A stretch of DNA of 64,000 nucleotides from Candidatus Levyibacteriota bacterium (GCA_027459725.1 DAIDHK010000001.1:131411-195410); one strand, 5' to 3'; shown: positions 29,212 to 40,116, counted from the stretch's first letter. Numbers and translations are program-made. Notes: generated by a model from the letters alone, not told the origin.

Positions 29212-30266
29212 TCATCCTCGGAATAGAAACCTCTTGTGATGAAACCAGTGTGGGTATCATAGAGAAATCGGGAGAGCATTTGAAACTATTAACAAATGTT
29301 GTAGCTACATCATTAGCGATTCATAGTAAAAACGGTGGAATAATTCCTGAATTGGCTGCCAGGGAACAGGTGAAATTTATTCTACCGGTATTGCAACAAG
29401 CACTAAATGAGGCATTTGAGCAAAAATTTACAGATTTAAATTCTCCACCTCCACCAGTCGATGCTATCGCTGTAACGTATGGTCCAGGACTCATAGGATC
29501 TCTACTGGTAGGAGTCGAAACTGCTAAAACATTAAGTTATCTCTGGCAAATACCGCTAATACGGATTAATCATATGTACGGTCATATTTATGCCAACTGG
29601 CTAAATCAGGATGGGAAATTACCACAGACTGAAAACCTTCCGGCACTAATACTGGTGGTCTCGGGAGGCCACACAGATTTGTTAATTATGAGAGAACATG
29701 GGGATATGAAAGTAATCGGGGGGACCAGAGACGATGCTGCAGGAGAAGCCTTTGATAAAATTGCCAGACTGCTAGGTTTACCTTATCCGGGCGGTCCAGC
29801 CATTTCTAAAGCAGCATTAAAGGGAAATTCTGATTTTATCCACTTTCCAAGACCTTTAATAGGGCAAGATAATTTAGATTTCTCTTTTTCCGGCTTAAAA
29901 ACGGCCGTTTATCGAGAAGTACAAAAATATAAGCAAAAAAATGAAATTTTATCTTCTCAATTAGTCAATGACTTAGCTGCTTGCGCACAAGCTGCAATTA
30001 TTGATGTTCTAGTTAAGAAAACTATTAAGGCTGTGGAAAAGTATAATGTTAAGTCTCTTTTATTATCCGGTGGAGTAGCAGCAAACGACTTATTGAGGAA
30101 AACTTTCATAGAAGAGATCAACAAATGCGCTTTACAGACTGATTTTTTTGTCCCACAAAAAACTCTCTGTACGGATAACGGAGCGATGATAGCCGCAGCA
30201 GCAGCTTTTAATTATAAAGCAACTCCCTGGCAGGAAATAACCGCAGATCCTCAATTGTATTACTAA
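29208..30266 (+). CDS. tsaD: tRNA N6-adenosine threonylcarbamoyltransferase
   Basis: LGIETSCDET, GPGLIGSL, NHMYGH, VSGGHT, DDAAGEAFDK, GGVAAN, CTDNGAMI. Confidence 0.97.
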   Translation: MIILGIETSCDETSVGIIEKSGEHLKLLTNVVATSLAIHSKNGGIIPELAAREQVKFILPVLQQALNEAFEQKFTDLNSPPPPVDAIAVTYGPGLIGSLLVGVETAKTLSYLWQIPLIRINHMYGHIYANWLNQDGKLPQTENLPALILVVSGGHTDLLIMREHGDMKVIGGTRDDAAGEAFDKIARLLGLPYPGGPAISKAALKGNSDFIHFPRPLIGQDNLDFSFSGLKTAVYREVQKYKQKNEILSSQLVNDLAACAQAAIIDVLVKKTIKAVEKYNVKSLLLSGGVAANDLLRKTFIEEINKCALQTDFFVPQKTLCTDNGAMIAAAAAFNYKATPWQEITADPQLYY

Positions 30267-30293
30267 TTGCTAATTCATGATAAAATATAGTCC

Positions 30294-31307
30294 ATGTCTT
30301 TTGACACTGCCGTCATTATTATTCTACTCTTCGTAATCAGTGGATTGCTGTATTACTTCAATCGTAGACTCTCCACTCTGCCAACCAATCAACCAGATCA
30401 GACTTTGCTTGAGTGGCTAAAAACCATGCAGAACTCTTTAGAGAACACCAATAAAACTCTTAATGATGCCCTGAACAACAACTCATCTCATCTGGTACGG
30501 ACTCTCCAAGAGAACAGCAGACAACTTAATGACCGTTTAGATAAAGCGGCATCTGTGATTAAAGAGGTAGGAATTGAAGTCGGACAGATGAGTGAAATTG
30601 GACGTAGTATGAAAGAGTTACAGACATTTCTTAAAAGTCCAAAATTACGAGGTAATATAGGAGAGGAAATTTTAACAGATCTGATTGAGCAAATGTTTCC
30701 TAAACAATCTTTTAATCTGCAATATACCTTTCAAAGCGGCGAGAAAGTTGATGCAGCAATTAAAACTGATGCAGGCATTTTGCCTATTGATGCCAAATTC
30801 CCCCTGGAAAACTTTCAGAAGATGGTTAAAACTGAAGATGAAATAGAGAAACAAAATTTTCAAAAAGAATTTATACGTGATGTAAAAAAACATATCGAGA
30901 ATATTGCTAAAAAATATATTCTTCCCAACGAAGGTACAATGGATTTTGCACTAATGTATATACCCAGCGAAACAATTTATTATGAGATAGTAAATACAGT
31001 AGAGATTATGTCTTTTTCCAGACGTCAGCGAATTTATATTGTTTCACCTTCGACTCTTTATGCACACTTACAAACCATCCTGCTTTCGTATGAGGGTAAA
31101 AAAGTAGAAGCTAGATCAAAAGAGATATTCAAGCTTTTACGAAGCTTACAAATTGATTACGAAAAACTACAAGAGAATCTGAATATTTTGGGTAAACACC
31201 TTAACAATGCATCTGCCCAGTACGGCCAAGTTACTATCAGTTATTCCCAATTTGGTAAAAAGCTGCAAACCAGTCAATTAATTGAAGCAGAAAATGAAAG
31301 CATATAA
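30294..31307 (+). CDS. rmuC: DNA recombination protein RmuC
   Basis: N-terminal TM, coiled coil, KLRGNIGE, PIDAKFP, TMDFALMYIPSE, IVSPSTL. Confidence 0.92.
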   Translation: MSFDTAVIIILLFVISGLLYYFNRRLSTLPTNQPDQTLLEWLKTMQNSLENTNKTLNDALNNNSSHLVRTLQENSRQLNDRLDKAASVIKEVGIEVGQMSEIGRSMKELQTFLKSPKLRGNIGEEILTDLIEQMFPKQSFNLQYTFQSGEKVDAAIKTDAGILPIDAKFPLENFQKMVKTEDEIEKQNFQKEFIRDVKKHIENIAKKYILPNEGTMDFALMYIPSETIYYEIVNTVEIMSFSRRQRIYIVSPSTLYAHLQTILLSYEGKKVEARSKEIFKLLRSLQIDYEKLQENLNILGKHLNNASAQYGQVTISYSQFGKKLQTSQLIEAENESI

Positions 31308-31357
31308 AAGATACTTTTTTATTGCTCTATGGTAAAGCTTCTGTTATTATAATTTCC

Positions 31358-34294
31358 ATGTCAAACAGTGTTGATTTAACTACATTAAATGAAGAACAAC
31401 GCCTAGCGGTGACACATGAAAACGGGCCCCTGCTAATTATTGCCGGAGCTGGTACCGGAAAAACAACAGTAATAACTAAACGCATTCAATATTTAATATT
31501 AGAAAAGAAAGTAACCCCCCCGAATATTCTGGCTCTCACCTTTACTGAAAAAGCAGCAGCAGAGATGGAGAAAAGAATTGATGAAATACTACCTTATGGA
31601 TATACGGAAATGTGGATAGAGACTTTTCATGCCTTCTGTGACCGTGTTCTTCGTCAGGAAGCAATCCATCTGGGGTTGGACCCTACTTATGAATTAATGA
31701 CAGAGGCAGAGACATTACTCTTTTTACGTAAAAGTTTATTTAAATTTGATCTTGATTATTTTCGCCCACTAGGCAATCCGATGAAGTTCTTGCAAGGAAT
31801 GACTCAACATTTTAGCCGACTAAAAGATGATGATGTAACACCTGAGGATTACCTGAAATATGCCAAAAACTTAGACCAGAAAACAGATGAAAGTGAGATC
31901 AAACAAACTTTAGAATTAGCCAACGCTTATATGCTCTATGAAAAACTGAAAACACAAAGTGGAGTAATGGACTTTTCAGATTTAATTTCAAATACACTAA
32001 AACTTTTCCGTTCGCGTCCACACATCTTGAAGAAATACCAAAATCAATTTCAGTATGTACTAGTAGACGAATTTCAGGACACTAATTATGCCCAGAATGA
32101 AATGGCGATCTTACTGGCTGGTAGAAAACAAAATATTGCAGTTGTGGGGGATGATGATCAGTCAATTTATCGCTGGCGGGGGGCAGCTATCTCCAATATG
32201 CTGCAATTCCGCTCTCATTTTCCTCAAGCCAGTGTTGTGACGTTAACAAAAAACTATCGTAGTACTCAACATATTCTGGATAGCGCTTATCAATTAATCC
32301 AAAATAATAACCCGGATCGACTGGAGATCAAAGAAGGTATCGATAAAAAACTAATTGCATTGCGGGAGAACAGGAATAATAACAAGCAAAATGTCGAATT
32401 TATTTATACAAATAGTGTTGATGAAGAGGCTGAAGAAGTAGCCAAAACTATAAGAAAACTGTTAAAAAATAACAATGTCAAATACAATGATTTTGCCATA
32501 TTAGTACGGGCCAATGATCATGCCACACCATTTCAAAGAGCTCTGGAAAGAGCAAAAATCCCCTATCAATTTCTAGGACCGGGACATTTATTTGAACAGC
32601 CTGAGATAAAAGATCTTTTATCTTATCTTAAAGTTTTAACCAACTTTGAGGACACAGCCTCTTTATATCGGGTCTTAACTATGGAGATTTTTGACTTACT
32701 GCCTAGAGATATTGCAGCGTTACTTAACTATGCAAAAAAGCAAAATCTTTCTTTGTTTGAAACCCTCGAAGACGTGGAGCAAACTATGCTAACCTCAGAA
32801 GGCAAAGATAAAGTTAAACAAATTGTTGAGATGATACAAAAACATTTAGCACAAATTCCTCACCAGACTGCAGGACAAATATTATATTACTTCTTTGAGG
32901 ACTCTGGTTTGATGGGACATTATTTAGATCCTAAAACAATTAAAACCGAAAGGGAAGCACAGAATGTGGCCAGATTTTTTGAAAAACTACAGAAATTTGC
33001 TGCCAATCACGAAGATGCATCAATTTTTGCAGTAGTTGACTGGATTGATTTATCAATGGAATTGGGGGAAAGCCCACTTGCTGCTGAGGTTGAATGGAAT
33101 AATAATAATGCTGTTAATATCTTGACTGTCCACTCGAGTAAAGGACTTGAATTCCCGGTTGTTTTTGTGGTTAATCTGGTTACTCAACGCTTTCCAAGTA
33201 GAGACCGTAAGGAACAGATTCCTGTCCCTCAAGGAGTTATTAAGGAAGAATTACCAAGTGGTGACGAAAATATTCAGGAAGAAAGAAGGTTGTGTTATGT
33301 AGCCATGACACGTGCCAAAGATCAATTATACTTAACTGCTTCTAAATTTTATGGTGAAAGCAAAAGAGAACGTAAATTGTCTCCGTTTATTGTAGAAGCT
33401 ATCGGGCAGGAACAACTGGAAAAAATAGTTAAGACACATAATCAGGAAGAATCTTCACAACAGTTGTCTTTGTTGGATATGTTTAATGAAAATACTAGAG
33501 CTGAACCAGTTAAAGTAAACTCATCTTTACTAACTGTTGATAAGGTTCATAATTTGTTTCCTATTACATATATAAGCTATTCTCAAATCCAAACCTTTGA
33601 TGTTTGTCCCATGCACTACAAACTTCGTTACGTATTAAATTTACCGGCCCCGGAATCTCCGGCATTGAGTTATGGAATAAGTGTACACAATACATTAAAG
33701 GAGGGGTTTACATATTTACTACAGGAAAAAGAGCTGAGTGAGGAAGTAATAAAACAACTGGTAACTCATAATTGGCTGAAAAAAGGGTATTCCAGTAAAG
33801 AGCATGAGCGTAAAGCTTTTCAGCAAGCCGAAAAAATACTTGTGGATTATCTGCTTAAATGTAATGATAGTAAACCAGATACTTTAGCTGTTGAATTACC
33901 ATTTCAGTTTTGGTTAAAGCGGATCAAAGTAGGAGGACGAATAGACCGCATAGACCGCTTGAAAGATGACAGAATCGAAATTATAGATTATAAAACGGGC
34001 AACAATGTACCTGATGAAAAGAAGCTATTAACAGATATGCAGCTTACTTTTTATGCTTTAGCGGCAAGTGAGGTCCATGATAAAATTTTGAATCATAAAC
34101 CCGAAGAAATCGTTCTATCACTTTTCTATATTGAACCTAATGTTAAGTTAACTACTACTCGTACACTTGAACAATTAGCTGAGGCTAAGAATTTTATTTT
34201 AAACAAGGTTGAAGAAATCTCATCCAGTGACTTCAAGTGCTCACACAGTCGCTTCTGCCTAAACTGTGAATACAAGATGATCTGTAACTCATAA
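31358..34294 (+). CDS. UvrD/PcrA-type SF1 helicase fused to a PD-(D/E)XK nuclease with a 4-Cys motif (AdnA/AdnB/AddAB-like)
   Basis: AGAGTGKT, VDEFQD, VGDDDQSIY, NYRS, TVHSSKGLEF, EERRLCYVAMTRA; SYSQ..CP, GRIDRID, IIDYKTG, CxxCxxxxxC; start at ATG 31358 behind TTGCTC-17-TATTAT. Confidence 0.9.
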   Translation: MSNSVDLTTLNEEQRLAVTHENGPLLIIAGAGTGKTTVITKRIQYLILEKKVTPPNILALTFTEKAAAEMEKRIDEILPYGYTEMWIETFHAFCDRVLRQEAIHLGLDPTYELMTEAETLLFLRKSLFKFDLDYFRPLGNPMKFLQGMTQHFSRLKDDDVTPEDYLKYAKNLDQKTDESEIKQTLELANAYMLYEKLKTQSGVMDFSDLISNTLKLFRSRPHILKKYQNQFQYVLVDEFQDTNYAQNEMAILLAGRKQNIAVVGDDDQSIYRWRGAAISNMLQFRSHFPQASVVTLTKNYRSTQHILDSAYQLIQNNNPDRLEIKEGIDKKLIALRENRNNNKQNVEFIYTNSVDEEAEEVAKTIRKLLKNNNVKYNDFAILVRANDHATPFQRALERAKIPYQFLGPGHLFEQPEIKDLLSYLKVLTNFEDTASLYRVLTMEIFDLLPRDIAALLNYAKKQNLSLFETLEDVEQTMLTSEGKDKVKQIVEMIQKHLAQIPHQTAGQILYYFFEDSGLMGHYLDPKTIKTEREAQNVARFFEKLQKFAANHEDASIFAVVDWIDLSMELGESPLAAEVEWNNNNAVNILTVHSSKGLEFPVVFVVNLVTQRFPSRDRKEQIPVPQGVIKEELPSGDENIQEERRLCYVAMTRAKDQLYLTASKFYGESKRERKLSPFIVEAIGQEQLEKIVKTHNQEESSQQLSLLDMFNENTRAEPVKVNSSLLTVDKVHNLFPITYISYSQIQTFDVCPMHYKLRYVLNLPAPESPALSYGISVHNTLKEGFTYLLQEKELSEEVIKQLVTHNWLKKGYSSKEHERKAFQQAEKILVDYLLKCNDSKPDTLAVELPFQFWLKRIKVGGRIDRIDRLKDDRIEIIDYKTGNNVPDEKKLLTDMQLTFYALAASEVHDKILNHKPEEIVLSLFYIEPNVKLTTTRTLEQLAEAKNFILNKVEEISSSDFKCSHSRFCLNCEYKMICNS

Positions 34295-34296
34295 TT

Positions 34297-34881
34297 TCAG
34301 ATCATATGGGAATTTCCAATGGTAGTTAACACTTCGGGTAACTTCTTCTCATCAACCTTATCTATCTTAATACCTTCTTTTTTCAATAAAATAGGTCCCA
34401 GTATGATTTCTTTGGCTATGAAAGCATCATTTAATCTAAGTGCACCAATCAGCATGGGATCTTTTTCTCCCCTAATATGCAAAACTAAAGTTGCTAAAAA
34501 TAATGTCAGTTCACACTCCACATCTTCAATTACTTCCAATACAATTGTTTTCACCGAATAAGATTTAATAAAATAAGCTTTATAAACAGTTATGTTTTCC
34601 TCATCAATAACTATTTCTTCAGGAAAAAAAGCGAAAGGAAACATTCCCTTTATATGCAGCAACATGTGCTCAGGTTTATCTTTTAGCTTGGATAGTCTCT
34701 CATTTTCATTATCTTTATCTTCACATTCTTCTTTGTCAGCTTTGTGTTGCAAAGTTTTCTGTAATTGAGAACTTTTCTCAGTATTATTTTTGTCTAACAA
34801 GCTCTTCTTAACAACACCTTTTTTGGAGCTGGATAATTTTATTAACTTAATATCAAATATAGTTTTGGTATCTTTCATCAA
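34297..34881 (-). CDS. Hypothetical protein (possible PH-like domain)
   Basis: 194-aa ORF, charged N-terminus, FPFAFFPEEIVID beta-rich region. Confidence 0.6.
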   Translation of the reverse strand: MMKDTKTIFDIKLIKLSSSKKGVVKKSLLDKNNTEKSSQLQKTLQHKADKEECEDKDNENERLSKLKDKPEHMLLHIKGMFPFAFFPEEIVIDEENITVYKAYFIKSYSVKTIVLEVIEDVECELTLFLATLVLHIRGEKDPMLIGALRLNDAFIAKEIILGPILLKKEGIKIDKVDEKKLPEVLTTIGNSHMI

Positions 34882-34969
34882 TTCAGCCTACCATTCTTAA
34901 GTAAAAATAGAGTAATAATAGGCACAAAGTTGAGTTTAATAGCCTTTCTCTGAACCTAAATTATTCAGC

Positions 34970-34998
34970 TTGATCTCCTATAGTAGTTATAGTACAAT
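34970..34998 (+). promoter_or_regulatory. rnpB promoter
   Basis: TTGATC-17-TACAAT just upstream of the RNA 5' end. Confidence 0.7.
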
Positions 34999-35003
34999 GA
35001 ACA

Positions 35004-35380
35004 TATTCTCGGGAGGCCGGACCACTACCCTGTTTTTATTAACACCAGGGAGGAAAGTCCAGGCAGCACATATACATGGGACGGAGCGCAAGCTCCGAAC
35101 CGCTTTATTTTAAAGCGAGGCTAGTATCTCAACTCTTTACTCACATGTGGAGTTGAGAACAAATCCTGAAATGACAGGATTTGAGAGCAACAGAGACGAG
35201 TGAGTATGAAACGGGTAATCCTACCTGCTGCAACTTCCGAATGCTGCGTCTGATCTGTATATGGAGAGCAGCAAAGCATGAAGGCATCTTATCTAAAAAA
35301 TAGGACAATGTGATAAAACATCATATTGAGATAGATTGTGGTTTAAAAACAAAACCTGGCTTATGAGCTTTCCGAGAATA
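35004..35380 (+). ncRNA. rnpB: RNase P RNA
   Basis: GAGGAAAGTCCAGG near the 5' end, AAAACCTGGCTTAT near the 3' end (P4 pairing), TGAAACG core, P1 TATTCTCGGGAGGC/GCTTTCCGAGAATA. Confidence 0.93.
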
Positions 35381-35382
35381 AA

Positions 35383-35784
35383 TTAATTTGTTACCGTGGT
35401 TTTCTGGTTATTACTATCTAAATAATTTTTAACCTCATTCAATAAATCTGCCGGAGTAATTTGGCTCTTAATGATATAACCATTACCTAAATCTAATGCT
35501 TTTTTAATGTCAGCTTCATTATCTAAATTAGTAAGAAAGACTGTACATTTATTCGTGAGCTGGACCTGCTCTTCATTTAACTTCTCCATCACCTGAATTC
35601 CATCCATTATAGGTAGAACAATATCTAATAAAACCAAATCATAACCCCCTGCTTTAATTTTGTCGTACGCTTCTTGACCATTAACAGCCAAATCCACTTC
35701 ATACCCAGCAGTTGAAAGGGTCTCATTATACAAGTCTCTAAGAAATAAATCGTCTTCTACTAACAGCAGCTTTTTCTTATCCAT
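35383..35784 (-). CDS. Single-domain response regulator receiver
   Basis: LLVEDD, DLVLLDIVLPIMDG, FLTN, YIIKS. Confidence 0.92.
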   Translation of the reverse strand: MDKKKLLLVEDDLFLRDLYNETLSTAGYEVDLAVNGQEAYDKIKAGGYDLVLLDIVLPIMDGIQVMEKLNEEQVQLTNKCTVFLTNLDNEADIKKALDLGNGYIIKSQITPADLLNEVKNYLDSNNQKTTVTN

Positions 35785-35824
35785 ATATTTACAAGGGGCA
35801 GTTAACTATATTTTCTCACTGAGT

Positions 35825-36340
35825 CTATCTGGTCAAAGCAAGGTTAGGTACAGTTCCATCAATAGCCTGTGCATCAGGAGCATAAACAGTTATGCGATTA
35901 TTTGTTGAAGAAACTGAAATCTGATAACCGCTGTCATAATTGGCAGAACATGTTATTTGTTGACCATTGTTGATACTTGGATCCTCTGGAAAAGCTGCAA
36001 CATAAGATGGGACAATAGTAGAACAAATGTCTGCTTCACCAACTGCGCTATTTGGATAAGGAGCAGTAAGGCCAGCACCTAGTTCATAAACCTTACCATC
36101 AGCATTTAGTCCTGTAGGCAATTGTCCGTGATGGTCTGCTAAATACTGCCCAACAGCATCAAGAATAGTCTTAACAGCACTCTGTCTCTGAGTATTATTG
36201 GCCTGAGCAAACTGACGAGCTGGATTAATAGCAACCAGTACAATTCCCATCAAAACGGCTAAAATACCAATCACAATTAAAAGCTCAATAAGAGTAAAAC
36301 CCCGTTGAAGTTTAGAAATTTTTAATGCTGTAGAATTCAT
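35825..36340 (-). CDS. Type IV pilin-like prepilin
   Basis: RG|FTLIELLIVIGILAVL prepilin cleavage/methylation motif; INPARQ. Confidence 0.93.
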   Translation of the reverse strand: MNSTALKISKLQRGFTLIELLIVIGILAVLMGIVLVAINPARQFAQANNTQRQSAVKTILDAVGQYLADHHGQLPTGLNADGKVYELGAGLTAPYPNSAVGEADICSTIVPSYVAAFPEDPSINNGQQITCSANYDSGYQISVSSTNNRITVYAPDAQAIDGTVPNLALTR

Positions 36341-36426
36341 AATTAATTTATTGATCTGTATTTAGTATTAATTGTTTACGGTTGTTTGTCAACTGGTATT
36401 AAATATATCTATTTAATGCAATTTGC

Positions 36427-36462
36427 AAAAAAAGAAGAAGCCTAGGCATGAGCTTCTTCTTT
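36427..36462 (-). terminator. Intrinsic terminator after hup
   Basis: AAAGAAGAAGC-loop-GCTTCTTCTTT followed by a T run on the minus strand. Confidence 0.75.
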
Positions 36463-36485
36463 AATTGACTTATTCTTAATAATAA

Positions 36486-36758
36486 TTATTTAACTGCTTT
36501 TCGCAAAGTTTTCCCGGGAGTAAACCCTGGTGATTTATGCGCAGCAATGGTAATTTTTCCGCCTGTATGTGGATTTCTGCCTGATTTGGCTGCTTTTTTT
36601 CGAATAGAAAAAGTACCAAATCCCGTTATGACTACTTTCTCTCCTCTTTTTAAAGAATCACGTATGGCATTTAGCATTACATCCACTGCCTCCCTTGATG
36701 CACGATTAGTTAAGTTAGCTTTTTTAGCAATTAATTCAATTAAATCTCTTTTGGTCAC
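36486..36758 (-). CDS. hup: HU family DNA-binding protein
   Basis: KVVITGFGTF, GRNPHTG, FTPGKTLRKAV; GTG 36758 follows a strong SD AAGGAGGTGA. Confidence 0.95.
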   Translation of the reverse strand: MTKRDLIELIAKKANLTNRASREAVDVMLNAIRDSLKRGEKVVITGFGTFSIRKKAAKSGRNPHTGGKITIAAHKSPGFTPGKTLRKAVK

Positions 36759-36858
36759 TTTCTTCACCTCCTTTTAGTGAAATGTTACAATTAGACTTAC
36801 AGTATAATTAAATTGTAATATTGTCAAGTGAAAAATATTTAAATGGGATGAAGAAACT

Positions 36859-38127
36859 CTATATTGTGGTTTCAGGATAAACAGCACGGAACTCACGAAT
36901 AACGGTGACTTTTACTTCACCGGGAACTGCCAGAGAACGACTAACCTCCTGCTGAATTTTTTGTGCCAAAATAACCGTATCTTCATCAGCTAAGCGGCCC
37001 GGATTAATGATGACTCTCAGTTCCCGACCAGCCTCAAAAGCATATGCATCTTCGACGCCTTCATAACGTTTGGCAATAACTTCCATTTCCTGCAAGCGCT
37101 TGGCATAGTTTTCAATGTCTTCATAGCGTGCACCGGGACGAGATGCAGACACAACATCACCAATATGAACAATCACCGATTCTATACTTGAAAACGGCTT
37201 GTCTTCATGATGCTCGGCTACACAGTTAATAACTGCTTCGGGGAAATTATAACGTTTCAACAGCTCGACCCCTAATTTGACATGACTGCCTTCTCCTTCT
37301 AAAACTTTTCCGATGTCATGAAACAGAGTTGCTAAACGAACAGTATTTACATCCGCCCCTATTTCTTCAGCTAAGTGAATACCAACTTTAGCAACTTCCA
37401 GAGAATGGACAACTAAATTTTGTCCATATGAGGTACGGAATTTAAATCTGCCTAGAATGGGATATAAATCTGCTGGTAAATTAAAAATATTGACTTCATT
37501 AGCAATTTTTTCACCCTCAGTGAATAAAATTTTCTCTAATTCTGCTCTTGTTTGTTGGACAACCTCTTCTATACGAAAGGGCTGAATACGCGTATCTTTA
37601 AGTAACTTTTCCAATGCACGACGGGCGACTTCTCTTCTGATCTGATCAAAGGAAGATAATCTGATTACACCTTCTTCATCCAAATCAACATCTACACCCG
37701 TAGCCTGTTCAAACGCTCGAATATTGCGTCCTTCCTTACCTATAATACGACCTTTTATTTCCTCATCTTCTACTTTGACAACAGAGACTGTATATTCAGG
37801 GATGTAGTTTAATGCTCCATGTCTCATACTATCGAGCAGAATTTCCTGAGCTTTTTTATCAGCCGATCTTTTAGCTTCTTCTTCGCCTTCTTTGATCATG
37901 CGCGAAATCATTTGTGCGCTCATATGCTCTGTTTCCCTGAGAAGTTCTTGTTTGGCTTCTTCACGTGTCAAGCCTGACACTCTCTCAAGTTTTTCTGCAT
38001 ATTCCCCGCGTTTCTTATCTAATGCTTCCTTATCTTTTTCTATCTGTTCCTGCTTGGCTTCAAGTTTTTCTTGACGTTCAAGTAATTTTTTCTCAAGAAC
38101 CAATAAATCTGCTTGTGGTGTTGCCAT
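36859..38127 (-). CDS. rny: Ribonuclease Y without N-terminal TM anchor
   Basis: KGRIIGKEGRNIRA (KH), RTSYGQN, HDIGK (HD), SASRPGAR, AGRELRV, KVTVIRE. Confidence 0.95.
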   Translation of the reverse strand: MATPQADLLVLEKKLLERQEKLEAKQEQIEKDKEALDKKRGEYAEKLERVSGLTREEAKQELLRETEHMSAQMISRMIKEGEEEAKRSADKKAQEILLDSMRHGALNYIPEYTVSVVKVEDEEIKGRIIGKEGRNIRAFEQATGVDVDLDEEGVIRLSSFDQIRREVARRALEKLLKDTRIQPFRIEEVVQQTRAELEKILFTEGEKIANEVNIFNLPADLYPILGRFKFRTSYGQNLVVHSLEVAKVGIHLAEEIGADVNTVRLATLFHDIGKVLEGEGSHVKLGVELLKRYNFPEAVINCVAEHHEDKPFSSIESVIVHIGDVVSASRPGARYEDIENYAKRLQEMEVIAKRYEGVEDAYAFEAGRELRVIINPGRLADEDTVILAQKIQQEVSRSLAVPGEVKVTVIREFRAVYPETTI

Positions 38128-38145
38128 AATATCAATACTAATTTT

Positions 38146-38275
38146 GCAATAGAAGAACTGACAAGTGAATGCGGATTACTTACTTATTAATAAAGTTAGA
38201 GAAATAATCTTTTGCATATTTCCTGCAACTTCTATCGCTATGTTTAATTATACTGCAAATACAAATCTGCGTCAA
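38146..38275 (-). promoter_or_regulatory. rny promoter and structured ~110-nt leader
   Basis: TTGACG-17-TATAAT (38275-38247); leader closes with a GCGATAGAAG/CTTCTATTGC stem. Confidence 0.6.
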
Positions 38276-38347
38276 CGCGATCTGAAAATATAACTGTATA
38301 TATAGAGTAAAGCCTCTCCAAATTTATAAATTGTATACATCAATAGT

Positions 38348-38830
38348 CTACTTATTCAAAGCTGCCAAAACATTATCAATTGCTTTCTTGCTCACTGCCC
38401 AGGAAAACCCCTTACGCGCCAAAACTCCTCCTAATTTGTTATAAATCTCATGTCTTTCCATCCCATTGTATTGCCCTACTTTTCTTTCAACCAAATCCTC
38501 TGCCATCTCCAAATCACTTCTTACCACTGGCGTATCAATTATTACCTGATCAATTATTTCTTTACTGATCCCCTTTTGTTGTAATTCGTATCGTAGAAGA
38601 TACTGACTGCGTGGCTTGGAACGAGACCGGGATTCTACCCACGTACGAGCAAATGTTTCATCATTCACCAAACGTTGAGACCTTAATTTAGCAATTATTT
38701 TCTCAATTATCTCCTCTGAAGCATTTTTCTTTTCCAGGTTATCTCTTATCTCTTTTTCCGAACGTAAGCGATAATTGAGGAATCGATAAGTACTTAATAA
38801 GTATTTCTCAAAAAAAATATCCTGATCCAT
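38348..38830 (-). CDS. recX: Regulatory protein RecX
   Basis: RLRSEKEI, LVNDETFA, LRYELQQKGI, LARKGF; downstream of recA. Confidence 0.92.
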   Translation of the reverse strand: MDQDIFFEKYLLSTYRFLNYRLRSEKEIRDNLEKKNASEEIIEKIIAKLRSQRLVNDETFARTWVESRSRSKPRSQYLLRYELQQKGISKEIIDQVIIDTPVVRSDLEMAEDLVERKVGQYNGMERHEIYNKLGGVLARKGFSWAVSKKAIDNVLAALNK

Positions 38831-38867
38831 ACATTAATAATAAATTAACAGCATAACAAAAAGAATT

Positions 38868-39986
38868 CTACTGAGAGGATACTGTGGTCTCTGAATTAAC
38901 TTCATCATCATCATTCTCTACACCTACGGCTACTGGCATACGCGCACCATCGGCATTTTTAGCTCTTATCTCATCTACAATCTTTTTTTGTAAATCTTTA
39001 TTTTCTTTAAGTTTATCCATAGTCGCAGCCTTACCCTGGCCCAACATTTCATTACCATAGCGATAAAATGCACCAGATTTGGTAATTATCCCCAACTCAA
39101 CACCTACATCAACAATTCCACCTTCACGGGAAATACCATCTCCGAAGACATCAAACTCGGCAATACGAAAAGGGGTAGAAACCTTATTTTTTACCACCTT
39201 CACACGGTGACGGGAACCTATAACCTTATCTCCATCTTTTATGGTCTCTATTTTTCTGATATCCATTCTTACTGAAGCATAGAATTTCAAAGCCAAACCG
39301 CCAGTTGTAGTTTCAGGGTTACCAAACATAACCCCAATTTTCTGACGCAGCTGATTAGTAAAAATAACAACTGTTTTTGATTTAGAGATAACACCCGTTA
39401 ATTTGCGTAAAGCCTGTGACATTAAACGTGCCTGCAATCCCACTACTGCATCTCCCATCTCACCTTCGATTTCCGCACGTGGTACCAGAGCAGCAACTGA
39501 ATCTATAACCAGAACATCTACGGCTCCTGATCGAACTAAACTTTCAACAATTTCCAAAGCCTGTTCCCCAGTATCCGGTTGAGAAATCAATAAATCATCC
39601 AGCTTAACACCTATTCTCTCTGCCCAGAGTGGATCCAGAGCATGTTCGGCATCAATAAAAGCGGCAATACCACCATGCTTTTGGGCCTGAGCAATCGTTG
39701 AAAGACAAACAGTAGTTTTCCCGGAAGCTTCTGGTCCGTAGATTTCAACTATTCTACCCCGAGGTAATCCCCCTACACCCAAGGCAATATCCAGTGGTAA
39801 GCAACCCGTAGATACGACAGAAATGTCTAATTTTTGTGCTGCTTCACCAAAACGCATGATTGCTCCACGACCATATTGTTTTTCAATTTGGTCCATTGCC
39901 ATACGAATGGATTGTAATTTGGCTGTAGCGTCAGCTGATGGCTGTACTGCAATAGATTTTGTAGAATTATTAGAGGATCGAGCCAT
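38868..39986 (-). CDS. recA: Recombinase RecA
   Basis: [46 protein letters not shown]; start moved to ATG 39986. Confidence 0.98.
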   Translation of the reverse strand: MARSSNNSTKSIAVQPSADATAKLQSIRMAMDQIEKQYGRGAIMRFGEAAQKLDISVVSTGCLPLDIALGVGGLPRGRIVEIYGPEASGKTTVCLSTIAQAQKHGGIAAFIDAEHALDPLWAERIGVKLDDLLISQPDTGEQALEIVESLVRSGAVDVLVIDSVAALVPRAEIEGEMGDAVVGLQARLMSQALRKLTGVISKSKTVVIFTNQLRQKIGVMFGNPETTTGGLALKFYASVRMDIRKIETIKDGDKVIGSRHRVKVVKNKVSTPFRIAEFDVFGDGISREGGIVDVGVELGIITKSGAFYRYGNEMLGQGKAATMDKLKENKDLQKKIVDEIRAKNADGARMPVAVGVENDDDEVNSETTVSSQ

Positions 39987-40116
39987 AAAACTATGCTCAA
40001 TATATACTACATTATGATACAATGCAAGTACCAATTCCGGGAAAAATAACCAAATATTCTGAAAATTTTTCAATATTTCTTCTCGTATTAATTTGGTTTA
40101 TGATTAATGCAGATAT

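Noticed and set aside
38146-38238. SRP (4.5S) RNA
   Set aside because: No CAGG-GNRA-AGCAG domain IV motif in the apical region
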